A stretch of 64,000 nt of DNA from Caecitellus pseudoparvulus. Lineage: Eukaryota; Protista; Bigyra: Bicosoecida. Made by a program: the position numbers and the translations under genes. Below the pieces are notes generated by a model. The model did no database searches. It was not told the origin of the DNA and worked only from the letters and a program-made list of their open reading frames with translations. How positions within the stretch are numbered: the stretch's first letter is position 1; each line of letters begins with the position of its first letter. The DNA lies in NCBI GenBank assembly GCA_965644315.1, contig CBFFRQ010000048.1, positions 62,001 to 126,000 of the forward strand, given 5' to 3'. This document shows, piece by piece, positions 34,087-43,601 of the stretch.

Positions 34087-34531
34087 GCTTGATGCCGTTC
34101 GGAGAGTCCGGCATGCGCGGGTGGCAGGTGTGTGAAGCGAATGGTGGCCTTGGTGGGGGGGGGCGACTTTGCACACTTTGGCCCCCTCCGCCCAGCACCG
34201 CAGCAGCTTCGGTAAGCAGTCAAACTCAAAAAGTTCAAACCGAATGCACTTCCAAAAAGGAGCTGAATAACGAAGTAACTCAATTGAGCTCAAGGCAGGC
34301 AACTACGTGCCACGGCAGCGCAGGACTCGTTTGCGGAATTTGTGCACGCAGCAAGAATCGCGCGTGCAGCTGCAAGTGTCGCTTGAAGTTCAGCTGGGTA
34401 CGTGCCGAGCAGCATTTGTGTATGCGATCTGCGGTAGCAGTCTGCTTCGCCGCGTGTGGACTGGATGTGACCTTTGCCCTCGACTTCGTGCTGATGTCCC
34501 AGCACGCCACTTTGCGCCGCATCACACAGAC

Positions 34532-37500
34532 ATGGCCGACGAGGGATCCAGCCCTGCCAAGGGGACTCCCACCCGGCATGAGAGAGGAGGAAAGCAGGGC
34601 GGCAGACGCCGTGGCAGTGGCTCCAAGCGTGGTGAGAAGGCTGCAGGTAGGCAAGGGGGAAGTGGTGGAGCTAGTGCAGCCACCACGCCAAGCCGGCGTC
34701 GAGGCAGCGCTAGCAAGTCCAGCAGTGGCAAGAAGAGCGGCAAGGGCTCTTACGAGCGGTACATGAAGCTGGGATCCATGCTGGTTGGCCTGGAGAAGGG
34801 GGAGCTTTTCATGGGCAGCCTCCGCATCAGTTCGCGGAATCGGCACTTGGCCTTCGCCGCTGTGCCTGGCCTGCCTGCTGACGTCGTCGTGGACGGCGTG
34901 CCCACGCGCAACCGGGCTCTGAACCGCGACATTGTCGTGCTCAAGTTGGACCCCCAAAAGGACTGGCGCAAGCGCAGCGCTGACAAGGACATGGCGGAGG
35001 CGACAGCAGCGGCCGCCGCCGGCGAGGCTGGCGCGACAGCTCCCCAGGAGGCAGTGCCTGGCGACGGCCCTCTCCCAGAGGAAGACGCACCCATCGCAGA
35101 GGGCCTGTGGAAGCCGTCTGTGGATCTGGCTTCCCACGGAGCCGTGTTTGGCGGGGCGGACCGCGAGACGTCCCTGGCAGCCCTGGGCCTGACGGAGGAG
35201 GATGTGGAGGCTCTGGGGCCACTGGACCCCGAGGTCCTCTCCCGAGTCGCGCAAATGCCCAAGGACCTGGGCGGCGAGACCGTGCAGCGGACCAAGGCGG
35301 CACTGCTGAGCCTGCTCAAGGTGGCCCAGGTCAGCCACGAGGAGTTCCTGCAGCCAACAGGGAGTGTCGTGGGTATCCTGCAGGAGCGGGGCTCCCGGGA
35401 TGCTGTGGGCGTGTTGCTGCCCAAGTACGGGGACTTGCCCCCTGGCGCCCCCGTGCCGCAGAGCCACAACCAGGTGCGCCTGGCCCCCCTGGACCAGCGC
35501 ATCCCCTGGATCATGATCCCTCGCGAGGACGCGCCCCCTGAGTTCCTGGCAAACCCAGAGGCCTTTGCCACGACCCTGTTCCGAGGCACCATCACGCGGT
35601 GGTCAGAGCATTCCAACTTCCCCCTTGGCCACCTGGCTGAGAGCCTGGGGCAGGCTGGGGACATCGAGGCAGAGACACAGGCCCTGCTGAAGGCCAACGG
35701 CATCTCCGACGAGCCTTTTTCGGAGGAGGTGATGGAGAGCCTGCAGGAGTTCCTGCCCCGCGTGCACGGCGACGAGTTCGACATCCCGGAGGAGGAGGTA
35801 GCCCGCCGGCGCGATCTCAGGTCAACCCGCATCTTCTCCATCGACCCGTGGTCGGCACGCGACCTTGACGATGCGCTGCACGTCACGCCACTTCCCGACG
35901 GCACCGTTGAGCTTGGCGTGCACATTGCCGACGTATCCTACTTCGTCCGCCCGGATACGGCCCTGGACAGGGAGGCCGCTGAGAGGGCCACCAGTGTGTA
36001 CCTCGTGCAGCGGGTGCTGCCCATGCTGCCTCGCCTGCTGTGCGAGAGCCTGTGCAGCCTGAACCCCGGCGTGGACCGCCTGGCCTTCTCCTGCATCTGG
36101 CGCATGACCCGGAATGGAGACCTGGTGGGGGATGCGCCATGGGTGGGGCGCACTGTCATCCGCTCCTGTGCCAAGCTGGACTACGGCACGGCACAGAAGC
36201 TCATTGATGGGGCCTTGGAGCTGGACGAGGAGGGGCACGTGAAGGCGGCGCCGGACGGCGAGGGCGTCGTGGATGGCATCCCTGAGGACGTCTGGCCTGC
36301 GGAGCGCCGACCCTCTGACGGTGTGGACCCCGGCGCGGTGGTGTCTGATGTGCAGCTGATGAACAGCATCGCCAAGGGCAGGCGCGCCAAGCGTTTCCTG
36401 GCCGGTGCCATCAGCCTGAACCGCAACAAGATGTCTGTGCAGCGGGACCGCGACGGGAACCCCGTCGCACTGCGATCATACCCCATCCACGACTCCAACC
36501 GCCTTGTGGAGGAGTACATGCTGCTGGCCAACTACCTCGTGGCACAGCACCTCATCCACCACGCCGGCAGCAAGGCAGTCCTGCGCGACCACCCGCCGCC
36601 CCTGGCACGCAAGGTGCCGCTCGTCGAGCAAGCCATTCGAAAGCTAGGTTTTCCGAACTTTCAGTGGCGTTCCGGCCGCACCCTGCAGGCGTCCCTGCTG
36701 CGCATCAAGGATGAAGCGCAGACACTGGTGCAGGAGCAGCAGGACCGCATCGCCGCCAAGCTGGCCCAGCAGCTGGCACAAGAGGACGGCCAGGATGAGC
36801 TGCAGCTTCCACCTGAGTTGACGCCTGAGCTCGTGCAGGCTGGCATTGAGTCCATGGTCATGGGACCCATGAAGCCAGCGGAGTACTTTACTGTGGGCAC
36901 CCGCAACGCGTCCAAGTGGAAGCACTACGGACTGGGCATTCCCTACTACACGCACTTCACCTCCCCCATCCGCCGGTACGCGGATGTCATGGTGCACCGC
37001 CTGCTGCAGGCGACTCTGGACGGCCCAAAGGCAGTGGAGGCGGTGGGGGACTCGGCCCGCTTCGCCGAGCAGTGCGAGCACTGCAACGAGCGCAAGTTCG
37101 CAGCCAAGGGCGCCCAGGAAATGAGCGACCAAGTGTTCATGTGCCTGTACTTGAAGCGGCACCCGACAGAGAAGGTCGGCATCGTCACTGACGTGTCGGG
37201 CAGTCGGTGGTTCAACGTGGCTGTGCCCGAGTGGGGTCTGGAGTGCTCCGTCCACGTTGACCGCCTTGGCGGCGAGGGGGACTTCGACGAGGCCAAAGGG
37301 CAGCTCCTCATCACACCGGCTGAGAAGGAAGGCGAGGAGGCGGAGGCCGCCCCCCGTGAAGGCGGCCCCAGCAAGTACACCGTGCGCACCCTGATGCCCA
37401 TTAGGGTGCTGCTCGTGGCACGCACGAACACTCTGCCCATCGACTATGAGATGATCCCCGTGGACCTCGTGCCGTGGAACGGACCAGCCGTGCAGGACGC

Positions 37501-37693
37501 CCTGAAGCAGGCCCAGGCGGATGGCATCCTGCAAGAGGCGGCGCCGGAGGCGGCGGCAGGGGCAGGGGACGCCGCGGCGGATCCGTCCCTCCTCGTCACG
37601 GCGGTGACTGGGCTGGACTCGTCGGCCAGCTTCGCTGGCAGTACGCTGTCGTCGCACGGAGGCGCGGCCATGGAGATGGAGGGGCAGGCATGA
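34532..37693 (+). CDS. DIS3L2: DIS3-like exoribonuclease 2 (RNB domain)
   Basis: RNRALNRDIV, FSIDPWSARDLDDALH, HIADVSYFV and YYTHFTSPIRRYADVMVHRLL. No N-terminal PIN domain, which favours DIS3L2 over DIS3. Confidence 0.88.
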   Translation: MADEGSSPAKGTPTRHERGGKQGGRRRGSGSKRGEKAAGRQGGSGGASAATTPSRRRGSASKSSSGKKSGKGSYERYMKLGSMLVGLEKGELFMGSLRISSRNRHLAFAAVPGLPADVVVDGVPTRNRALNRDIVVLKLDPQKDWRKRSADKDMAEATAAAAAGEAGATAPQEAVPGDGPLPEEDAPIAEGLWKPSVDLASHGAVFGGADRETSLAALGLTEEDVEALGPLDPEVLSRVAQMPKDLGGETVQRTKAALLSLLKVAQVSHEEFLQPTGSVVGILQERGSRDAVGVLLPKYGDLPPGAPVPQSHNQVRLAPLDQRIPWIMIPREDAPPEFLANPEAFATTLFRGTITRWSEHSNFPLGHLAESLGQAGDIEAETQALLKANGISDEPFSEEVMESLQEFLPRVHGDEFDIPEEEVARRRDLRSTRIFSIDPWSARDLDDALHVTPLPDGTVELGVHIADVSYFVRPDTALDREAAERATSVYLVQRVLPMLPRLLCESLCSLNPGVDRLAFSCIWRMTRNGDLVGDAPWVGRTVIRSCAKLDYGTAQKLIDGALELDEEGHVKAAPDGEGVVDGIPEDVWPAERRPSDGVDPGAVVSDVQLMNSIAKGRRAKRFLAGAISLNRNKMSVQRDRDGNPVALRSYPIHDSNRLVEEYMLLANYLVAQHLIHHAGSKAVLRDHPPPLARKVPLVEQAIRKLGFPNFQWRSGRTLQASLLRIKDEAQTLVQEQQDRIAAKLAQQLAQEDGQDELQLPPELTPELVQAGIESMVMGPMKPAEYFTVGTRNASKWKHYGLGIPYYTHFTSPIRRYADVMVHRLLQATLDGPKAVEAVGDSARFAEQCEHCNERKFAAKGAQEMSDQVFMCLYLKRHPTEKVGIVTDVSGSRWFNVAVPEWGLECSVHVDRLGGEGDFDEAKGQLLITPAEKEGEEAEAAPREGGPSKYTVRTLMPIRVLLVARTNTLPIDYEMIPVDLVPWNGPAVQDALKQAQADGILQEAAPEAAAGAGDAAADPSLLVTAVTGLDSSASFAGSTLSSHGGAAMEMEGQA

Positions 37694-37726
37694 GGGGCGC
37701 GCCGGGGGGGGTGTGCGTGCATTGTT

Positions 37727-38468
37727 TCACCGGGCGTGAGCTGCCGGCCCCTCAGCCACTGCAGCGCCGAAGTGCTCCTTCATCAGCTCTTGCACGACTG
37801 GGGACGCGTTGGGGAAGATGCTAGCGGCCTGGGCGGGTGTCAGGTGTGCGGCGCCCTGCACGTGCCCCCTGCAGGAGGGCGCGCCACAGCCACAGGCGAA
37901 GGGGGAATCCATGGACCACTCAGTGGTGGCGTAGTCGAAGGTGACCCACTCGCCGCGCTTCACGGGCCGCGTCGCCACGACCCGCACGATCCACCCACCA
38001 TCGTCCAATGCTTCAAACTCTATTTTCCCGCACGGCGCACAGCTGTGCGGCGTGTACCGCAGTGGCGCGCTCACCTGCGGGGAGAGCAATACACACAAGG
38101 CGGAGTGCAGGTGCAGGTGGAGCGATCCCGCTGCACGGCGCGGTGAAGGCGTCACGCACATCTACATGCTGGCCTGGCGCCACGCAGACCGTGTACATGG
38201 TCGGCTCTGGCAGGACTTCGGCGGCTGTCGTGGTGCTGTGCACCAGCACAGTGCCCATAGGGAAGTCATCTGTCGCCACGATGACCTTGTTGATGTCTTT
38301 CACCTCCTTGACAGCGACATTGTCGTTGGAGGGCGGCGTGGGCGGCAGGATGGTGGACCACCTCGCCGGCCCAGCGAGCAAGGGGCGGAATTTGCAGCTG
38401 CTCCGAGGCACAGCCGCTGCTGCGGCGCCTGCCACCTTCAGCACGCAGCGAGGGATCCTTCCCGCCAT
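37727..38468 (-). CDS. Small SET plus post-SET domain protein with a possible mitochondrial presequence
   Basis: Two exons (intron 38075-38159). Motifs YTPHSCAP, VATRPVKRGEWVTFDY and post-SET CGCGAPSCRG. Confidence 0.82.
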
Positions 38469-38769
38469 GTGGTCTGAGAGCTGAGATTGGTACTGTACTT
38501 TGTGCGTTCCTCCAGGCTTGCAGGTGCCTCCCGTGTTGCGCGGCAAGCGAATCAGATTTGCCAACCACGGGCCTCTGTGCCCTGACTGCGAAGCTGTTCA
38601 GATTCCGGCCCCGCACACTTTCAAGAGACTTCCAAGCACCATTGCACTTCCAGGCACATAGCACACGTAGTGTTTCCTGCACCTCCAACTCATTCAACGT
38701 GCGTGTGCGGCGGCCCGCGCCGCTCCGTCAGCTCCAGAACACGCCCTGCTCCACACCACCCTGTCACAG

Positions 38770-39876
38770 ATGACTGATTCCACCATGATCCTCAAGGGCA
38801 CCCTGGCGGGCCACTCTGACTGGGTGACTGCCATTGCCACCACCGAGGTCGACTCTGAGATGATCGTGTCTGCCTCTCGTGGTGCGTGCAGGGAGCTCAG
38901 CTGCCTGGCGTCTGCAGGCCGCAGAGCCGCATTTCCGCACACATGCACTGCGCGCGCCCCCGCCCGCCACAGACAAGTCCCTGATCGTGTGGACCATCAC
39001 TGGTGATGCTGAGACCTACGGCTACCCCCTGAAGTCCCTGCACGGCCACAACCACTTCGTGCAGGACGTGTGCCTGTCCTCGGATGGCGAGTACGCTCTG
39101 TCCGCCTCTTGGGACGGCACCCTGCGTCTGTGGCAGCTGTCCACCGGCACCGTCGACAAGACCTTCGTCGACCACACCAAGGATGTCCTGTCCTGCTCCA
39201 TCGCCCCCTGCAGCACCAAGGTTCGTGGCCTTCGCGCAGCGCCATTTCCGCAAGTTCCACAGCACGCTTTCCCCCCGCTGTCCTCCTGCAGATCCTGTCC
39301 GGCTCTCGCGACAAGACCATCAAGCTGTGGAACGTCGTCGGCAAGTGCATCTACACCCTGTCTGAGGACGGCCACACCGACTGGGTCAGCTGCGTGCGCT
39401 GCTCCCCCGCCGAGGACTCCGACATCGTCGTGTCTGCCGGCTGGGACAAGCTGGTGAAGGTGTGGAACCTGAAGACCTCCCGTCTCCAGACCGACCTGGT
39501 GGGCCACACTGGCTACCTGAACACCGTCACCGTCTCCCCTGACGGCTCCCTGTGCGCTTCCGGCGGCAAGGACGGCATCGCCATGCTGTGGGACCTGAAC
39601 GAGGGCAAGAAGCTGTACGAGCTGGTGGCTGGCGACGAGATCAACACCCTGGTGTTCTCCCCCAACCGCTACTGGCTGTGCGCTGCCACCAAGAAGGGCA
39701 TCAAGATCTACGACCTGGAGACCAAGTCCGTCGTCGCCGACCTGGAGCTGGAGGAGGAGGAGACCACCTCCAAGGACGCCCTGGTGCCTTTCTGCACCTC
39801 CCTGGCCTGGTCTGCGGATGGCTCCACCCTGTTCGCCGGCTACACCGACAAGCTCATCCGCGTCTGGGGCTTGTAA
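38770..39876 (+). CDS. RACK1: Receptor for activated C kinase 1 (WD40, 40S ribosome-associated)
   Basis: [68 protein letters not shown]. Introns 38882-38972 and 39221-39291, probable 5'UTR intron 38699-38769, and strong C/G-ending codon bias. Confidence 0.97.
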
Positions 39877-40045
39877 GCTGAGGGCATGCTCGGTGCAATG
39901 CATTCCTGGAAGCACAGCAACCCTGCCCCCCCCCCTTTGGCGCCAGTCCGCAACTGCCAATTTTCAAACCACTCCCCTCCCCACAAACCACAACTATGCG
40001 TGCCACCTCCCACATTTCGTTCTTGCGCCCCTACACTTTGCAGCT

Positions 40046-40574
40046 ATGTCGGACTCCGAAGAGCAGCCGGGATTGGGGGCTGGCGATTCAGAGGCATTTG
40101 GCGAAGCTGGCTTCGCAGCCGGCCGTGGGGCCTCAGGAGCGCGAGCAACTGCGGAAGCCAGTGCAACTGCGGACAGGGCTTTGACTAGCCAAGAAGAGGC
40201 TGCCGAGCACGGGAGGGAGTCCACCGCCAAGGCTCACGGGCATGCTGAGCAAGCCAGCAAGGAGGCAGAGCGCGCAGCTGCTGCGACGAGCGAAACTGGG
40301 GAAGAGATGCGAAAAGGCGGTGTTGTGCTGAAGAAACAGGAGGAGGGCATTACACACGGCGAGGATGTGGTGCAGCCCCGGGTGAAGGTGTGTCTTGCTC
40401 GCCTCACAGTGCATCGCCTGCGACCGCGTTGGGACCGGTTGCCTTGCATTCCCCTTGCAGGAAGCAAGAGGGCGCGATGAGCCGCGTGAGCGGGGGTGCT
40501 GGGACAGATTCTGCTCGTGCTTCAGCAGCACCACCCCGAAGGAGCCTTCAGCCTCGGACCCCTTAATGATGTAG
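40046..40574 (+). CDS. Small acidic coiled-coil protein with a C-terminal Cys cluster (paralog A)
   Basis: Exons 40046-40387 and 40461-40574; ends ...GCWDRFCSCFSSTTPKEPSASDPLMM*. Intron position and tail are shared with the next gene. Confidence 0.7.
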
Positions 40575-40751
40575 ATGACTTCGAGCTAGGTGTGGTCTTC
40601 GCTGAAAGGCCAAGCAGAGACCGCCGAGCGCCACTCCCTTCAAAGCCAGGAAGGCTGTCATTGTCAACCCTCAAATCACCCCCCCATCACGCACCACACA
40701 CCATTGCACCACTAGCTCCTGCTGATTCTTGCCTTCTTGCTTGCTTCAGCC

Positions 40752-41488
40752 ATGTCGGACGCCGATGACGAGCCGGGTCAGGCAGCTAAGGGTTCGGAGA
40801 CGCACACCCCAGCCGGGTTTGGGGCTGGCGGAGGCACCTCAGCAGTTGAAGCGAACAAAGAAACAGCTCCCACTGTGAAAGATGCTGTGGGTGTTCAAGA
40901 AGGTGGCACCGGCCGGGCGACGGGTGCCACTCAGGATCCTCACAAGCAAGCTAAAGATGCAGCCTCAGCAGCTGGGAAAACAGGCGATGGTGCAGAGGAC
41001 ACCAAGACAGAAGTGGAAGATTCCGGCAAGAATGTTTCGGACCAAGAAGAGGATGCGAAGAAAGAGGAAGGGAAAGTCGAGCCTTTCGTCCAGGTCTGTC
41101 TCAAGTGCTGGCCACTGCATCGCATCGCCTGCGACCACGTTGCCAACCTTCACCCTGCTTTGTTTCGCAGCCACCTGAAGTTCCAGATGATCAGCCGAAG
41201 AAAGGATGCTGGGACTGGTTTTGCTCGTGCTTCAGCAGCACCACGCCGAAGGAGCCTTCAGCGTCCAGTGCTGCTGCGAAGTGGACGTGGAGGGTGTCAC
41301 AGCATGTTGCAGTTTCAAGCAATGCATTTCAGGCAGCTCACAACAGGCCATGGGCAGCAGCTGCTGCAAGGGTAGTGGTGGTGATTGGCACAGCGTACAA
41401 GGACTTGCCGCCTGCCGCGACGACGTCTGCCACGACGTACATGCCTTGCTTCAGCTCAGTGACACCAGCACCTGCGGCTGCGCCCTGA
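40752..41488 (+). CDS. Small acidic coiled-coil protein with a Cys cluster (paralog B)
   Basis: Exon 40752-41093 and a second exon from 41171 containing GCWDWFCSCFSSTTPKEPSAS. The first in-frame stop is at 41488, so the 3' end is uncertain. Confidence 0.6.
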
Positions 41489-43491
41489 GTCAAGATGCGA
41501 TGGACCCCACCATGCCCCCCCTCCGACAGAGTCGCAGCAGCCCCCTCCCGCAGTGCACCCGGGAGTGCCCTGGCACGAGCAAAGTCGAATTCCCCCCACA
41601 CGTCCTCGGCTGTGCCGTCAGGGCGCAGGGCAGAGGTGTGGGGCGCGAGCGTGGCTCGCTGTGTGGCTGGCGCCGAACTCCAGCTCAACGCAGTGTCGCC
41701 CAGGTGTGTGGGCAGGTTGCCCGCTGGCTGCGTGGCGGGGCCCCGCAGCAGGTGGGGGGCGTCCAGGAGGGGCACGTCAGCCAGCACCACGCGCATGTTG
41801 TTGTCGGCCCGCCCTGTCCATGTGGGGGCTGCAGCGGTGCTGCGCTTGGACGGGCCTTCAACCAGCACCACGACGCGCTTGCCAACTTCCGCCACATGCC
41901 GTTGGCGAGCACGCACATTGAAGACGTCAATGATTTCGCGCAGTCGGCGCAGTTTGGTGTCTTGTGGCACGTCGTCCTCCAGTTTGTGGGCAGCGTGAGT
42001 GCGCTCCCGCAGGCTGTACGCGAACAGGAAGCCCTGCTCATACCCCACTTGCTCCAGCAGCGACAGCGTGTCCTCGTGGTCCGCCTCGCTCTCGCCACAG
42101 AAGCCAGCGATGAAATCTGAGCTGAGGGCCACACCTGGCACCGTTTCGCGAATGCGGTGGGCCAACTCCAGGTACGCCTCCCGAGTGTACAGTCGCCGCA
42201 TGGAGCGCAGCACAGAGGTAGAGCCAGACTGCGCAGGCAAGTGCACCTGCTTGCACAGGTTGGGGCGTTCGTTCATCAGTTGTAAGAGCTCATCAGGAAA
42301 GTCTTTGGGGTGGGGGGATGTGAACCTCACTCGCATCTCAGGGTTTTCCCGAGTGACTCGCTCCAGCAACTCAGTGAAACGCACGCCCCCGCCGCCCCGA
42401 GCATTGTACAAGTTGCTGAAGCCGCTTGCCGTGTCTGTGTCGCCGCCCTTGGCGTATGGCCCTGAGATCGCTGCATCTGATGGGGTGCTGGCATCACGGT
42501 ACGAGTTGACGTTTTGCCCCAGCAGCACAACCTCTTTGTAGCCCTGCTCGCCCAGCTGCGCCACCTCACGGCAAATGCTGCTCACATCACGGGAGCGCTC
42601 ACGCCCTCGCGTGAAGGGCACGATGCAGTACGTGCACATGTTGTTGCACCCTCTCATTATGGAAACAAAGGCATGGGTGGAGTTTGCATCTGCCCGCACG
42701 GGTGCGATGTCTGCGTACGTTTCGTCTGCGCTCAGCTGCACGTTGATGGCAGCCAGTCCGCCCCCTGCCGGCACAGCGCCGCGGGACACGCGACGCTTGC
42801 TGCCAGCATGAACAGCATCCTCCACATCCTCTTGCGAAGCGCCACCCGTGACGAGGGTGATGAGGTTGGGCAGGTCCCGGTAGGCGTCTGGTCCGACGAC
42901 CAGGTCCACGGACTTGTCCGATTCCAGCAGCTGAGTCTTGAGCCGCTCAGCCATGCAGCCCAGCACCCCCACGACGGGGCGCTCCCCTTTCTTGCGCCGC
43001 GCCTTCATGTTCTTGAAGGCGCCCAGGCGCTGCCAGATCTTGGCCTCGGCGTTCTCCCGAATGGCGCAGGTGTTGGTCAGGATGACGTCGGCACTCTCTG
43101 CCTCTTCGCACCTTTCATAGCCAGCTGACTGCAGGACAGCCAGGACAATCTCACTGTCGCTGACGTTCATTTGACACCCATATGTCTCCAGGTACACGCT
43201 CTTCGGCTCTGACACCAGGTGTCCTCCGCTAGAGCTGGGCATGCTCATGTCGGAGGGAGCCAGGGGAGCTGCGGATTTTGACGCAACCTCTTCGACCGCC
43301 ACGCCCGCGCGGGCGGCACCAATGAAGTGCTCCAGCTTCAGGTCCTGAACAGGCTCTGCTGCGCGAGCAAGCTTTGGCCCCACATCGCTGGCCAGGCCCC
43401 TCCCCCACACTCTTGGCGGGCAAGGCTGCAATACCGAACACAAGGCTCGCCATGCCTGGCGCCGCTGGCCCGCAGCCATGGCACTTGCCAT
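41338..43491 (-). CDS. CDK5RAP1: Mitochondrial tRNA methylthiotransferase (MiaB family, radical SAM)
   Basis: YLETYGCQMNVSDSE, TCAIRENAE, GVLGCMAERL, radical SAM motif CNNMCTYC, RFTSPHPKD, HLPAQSGS and a TRAM domain; Arg-rich presequence-like N-terminus. Confidence 0.93.
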   Translation of the reverse strand: MASAMAAGQRRQAWRALCSVLQPCPPRVWGRGLASDVGPKLARAAEPVQDLKLEHFIGAARAGVAVEEVASKSAAPLAPSDMSMPSSSGGHLVSEPKSVYLETYGCQMNVSDSEIVLAVLQSAGYERCEEAESADVILTNTCAIRENAEAKIWQRLGAFKNMKARRKKGERPVVGVLGCMAERLKTQLLESDKSVDLVVGPDAYRDLPNLITLVTGGASQEDVEDAVHAGSKRRVSRGAVPAGGGLAAINVQLSADETYADIAPVRADANSTHAFVSIMRGCNNMCTYCIVPFTRGRERSRDVSSICREVAQLGEQGYKEVVLLGQNVNSYRDASTPSDAAISGPYAKGGDTDTASGFSNLYNARGGGGVRFTELLERVTRENPEMRVRFTSPHPKDFPDELLQLMNERPNLCKQVHLPAQSGSTSVLRSMRRLYTREAYLELAHRIRETVPGVALSSDFIAGFCGESEADHEDTLSLLEQVGYEQGFLFAYSLRERTHAAHKLEDDVPQDTKLRRLREIIDVFNVRARQRHVAEVGKRVVVLVEGPSKRSTAAAPTWTGRADNNMRVVLADVPLLDAPHLLRGPATQPAGNLPTHLGDTALSWSSAPATQRATLAPHTSALRPDGTAEDVWGEFDFARARALPGALREGAAATLSEGGHGGVHRILTQGAAAGAGVTELKQGMYVVADVVAAGGKSLYAVPITTTTLAAAAAHGLL

Positions 43492-43601
43492 GTTGCACCA
43501 CTGCAGGCGTGCCAAGAGAACGGCGAATGCGCCTTGGCCCGCATGAGACGTCGAGAGTGTTTGTATTTGCACTGCCGTCCATACTGTGCCTGCAGGGTCC
43601 C

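Noticed and set aside
38699-39291. Intronic snoRNAs in RACK1, as in yeast and vertebrates
   Set aside because: The introns are only 71-91 nt and have no C/D box pair.
40046-40574. Plant-type G-protein gamma subunit (WDR and DPL words)
   Set aside because: The motif order is reversed and there is no CaaX end; probably coincidental.
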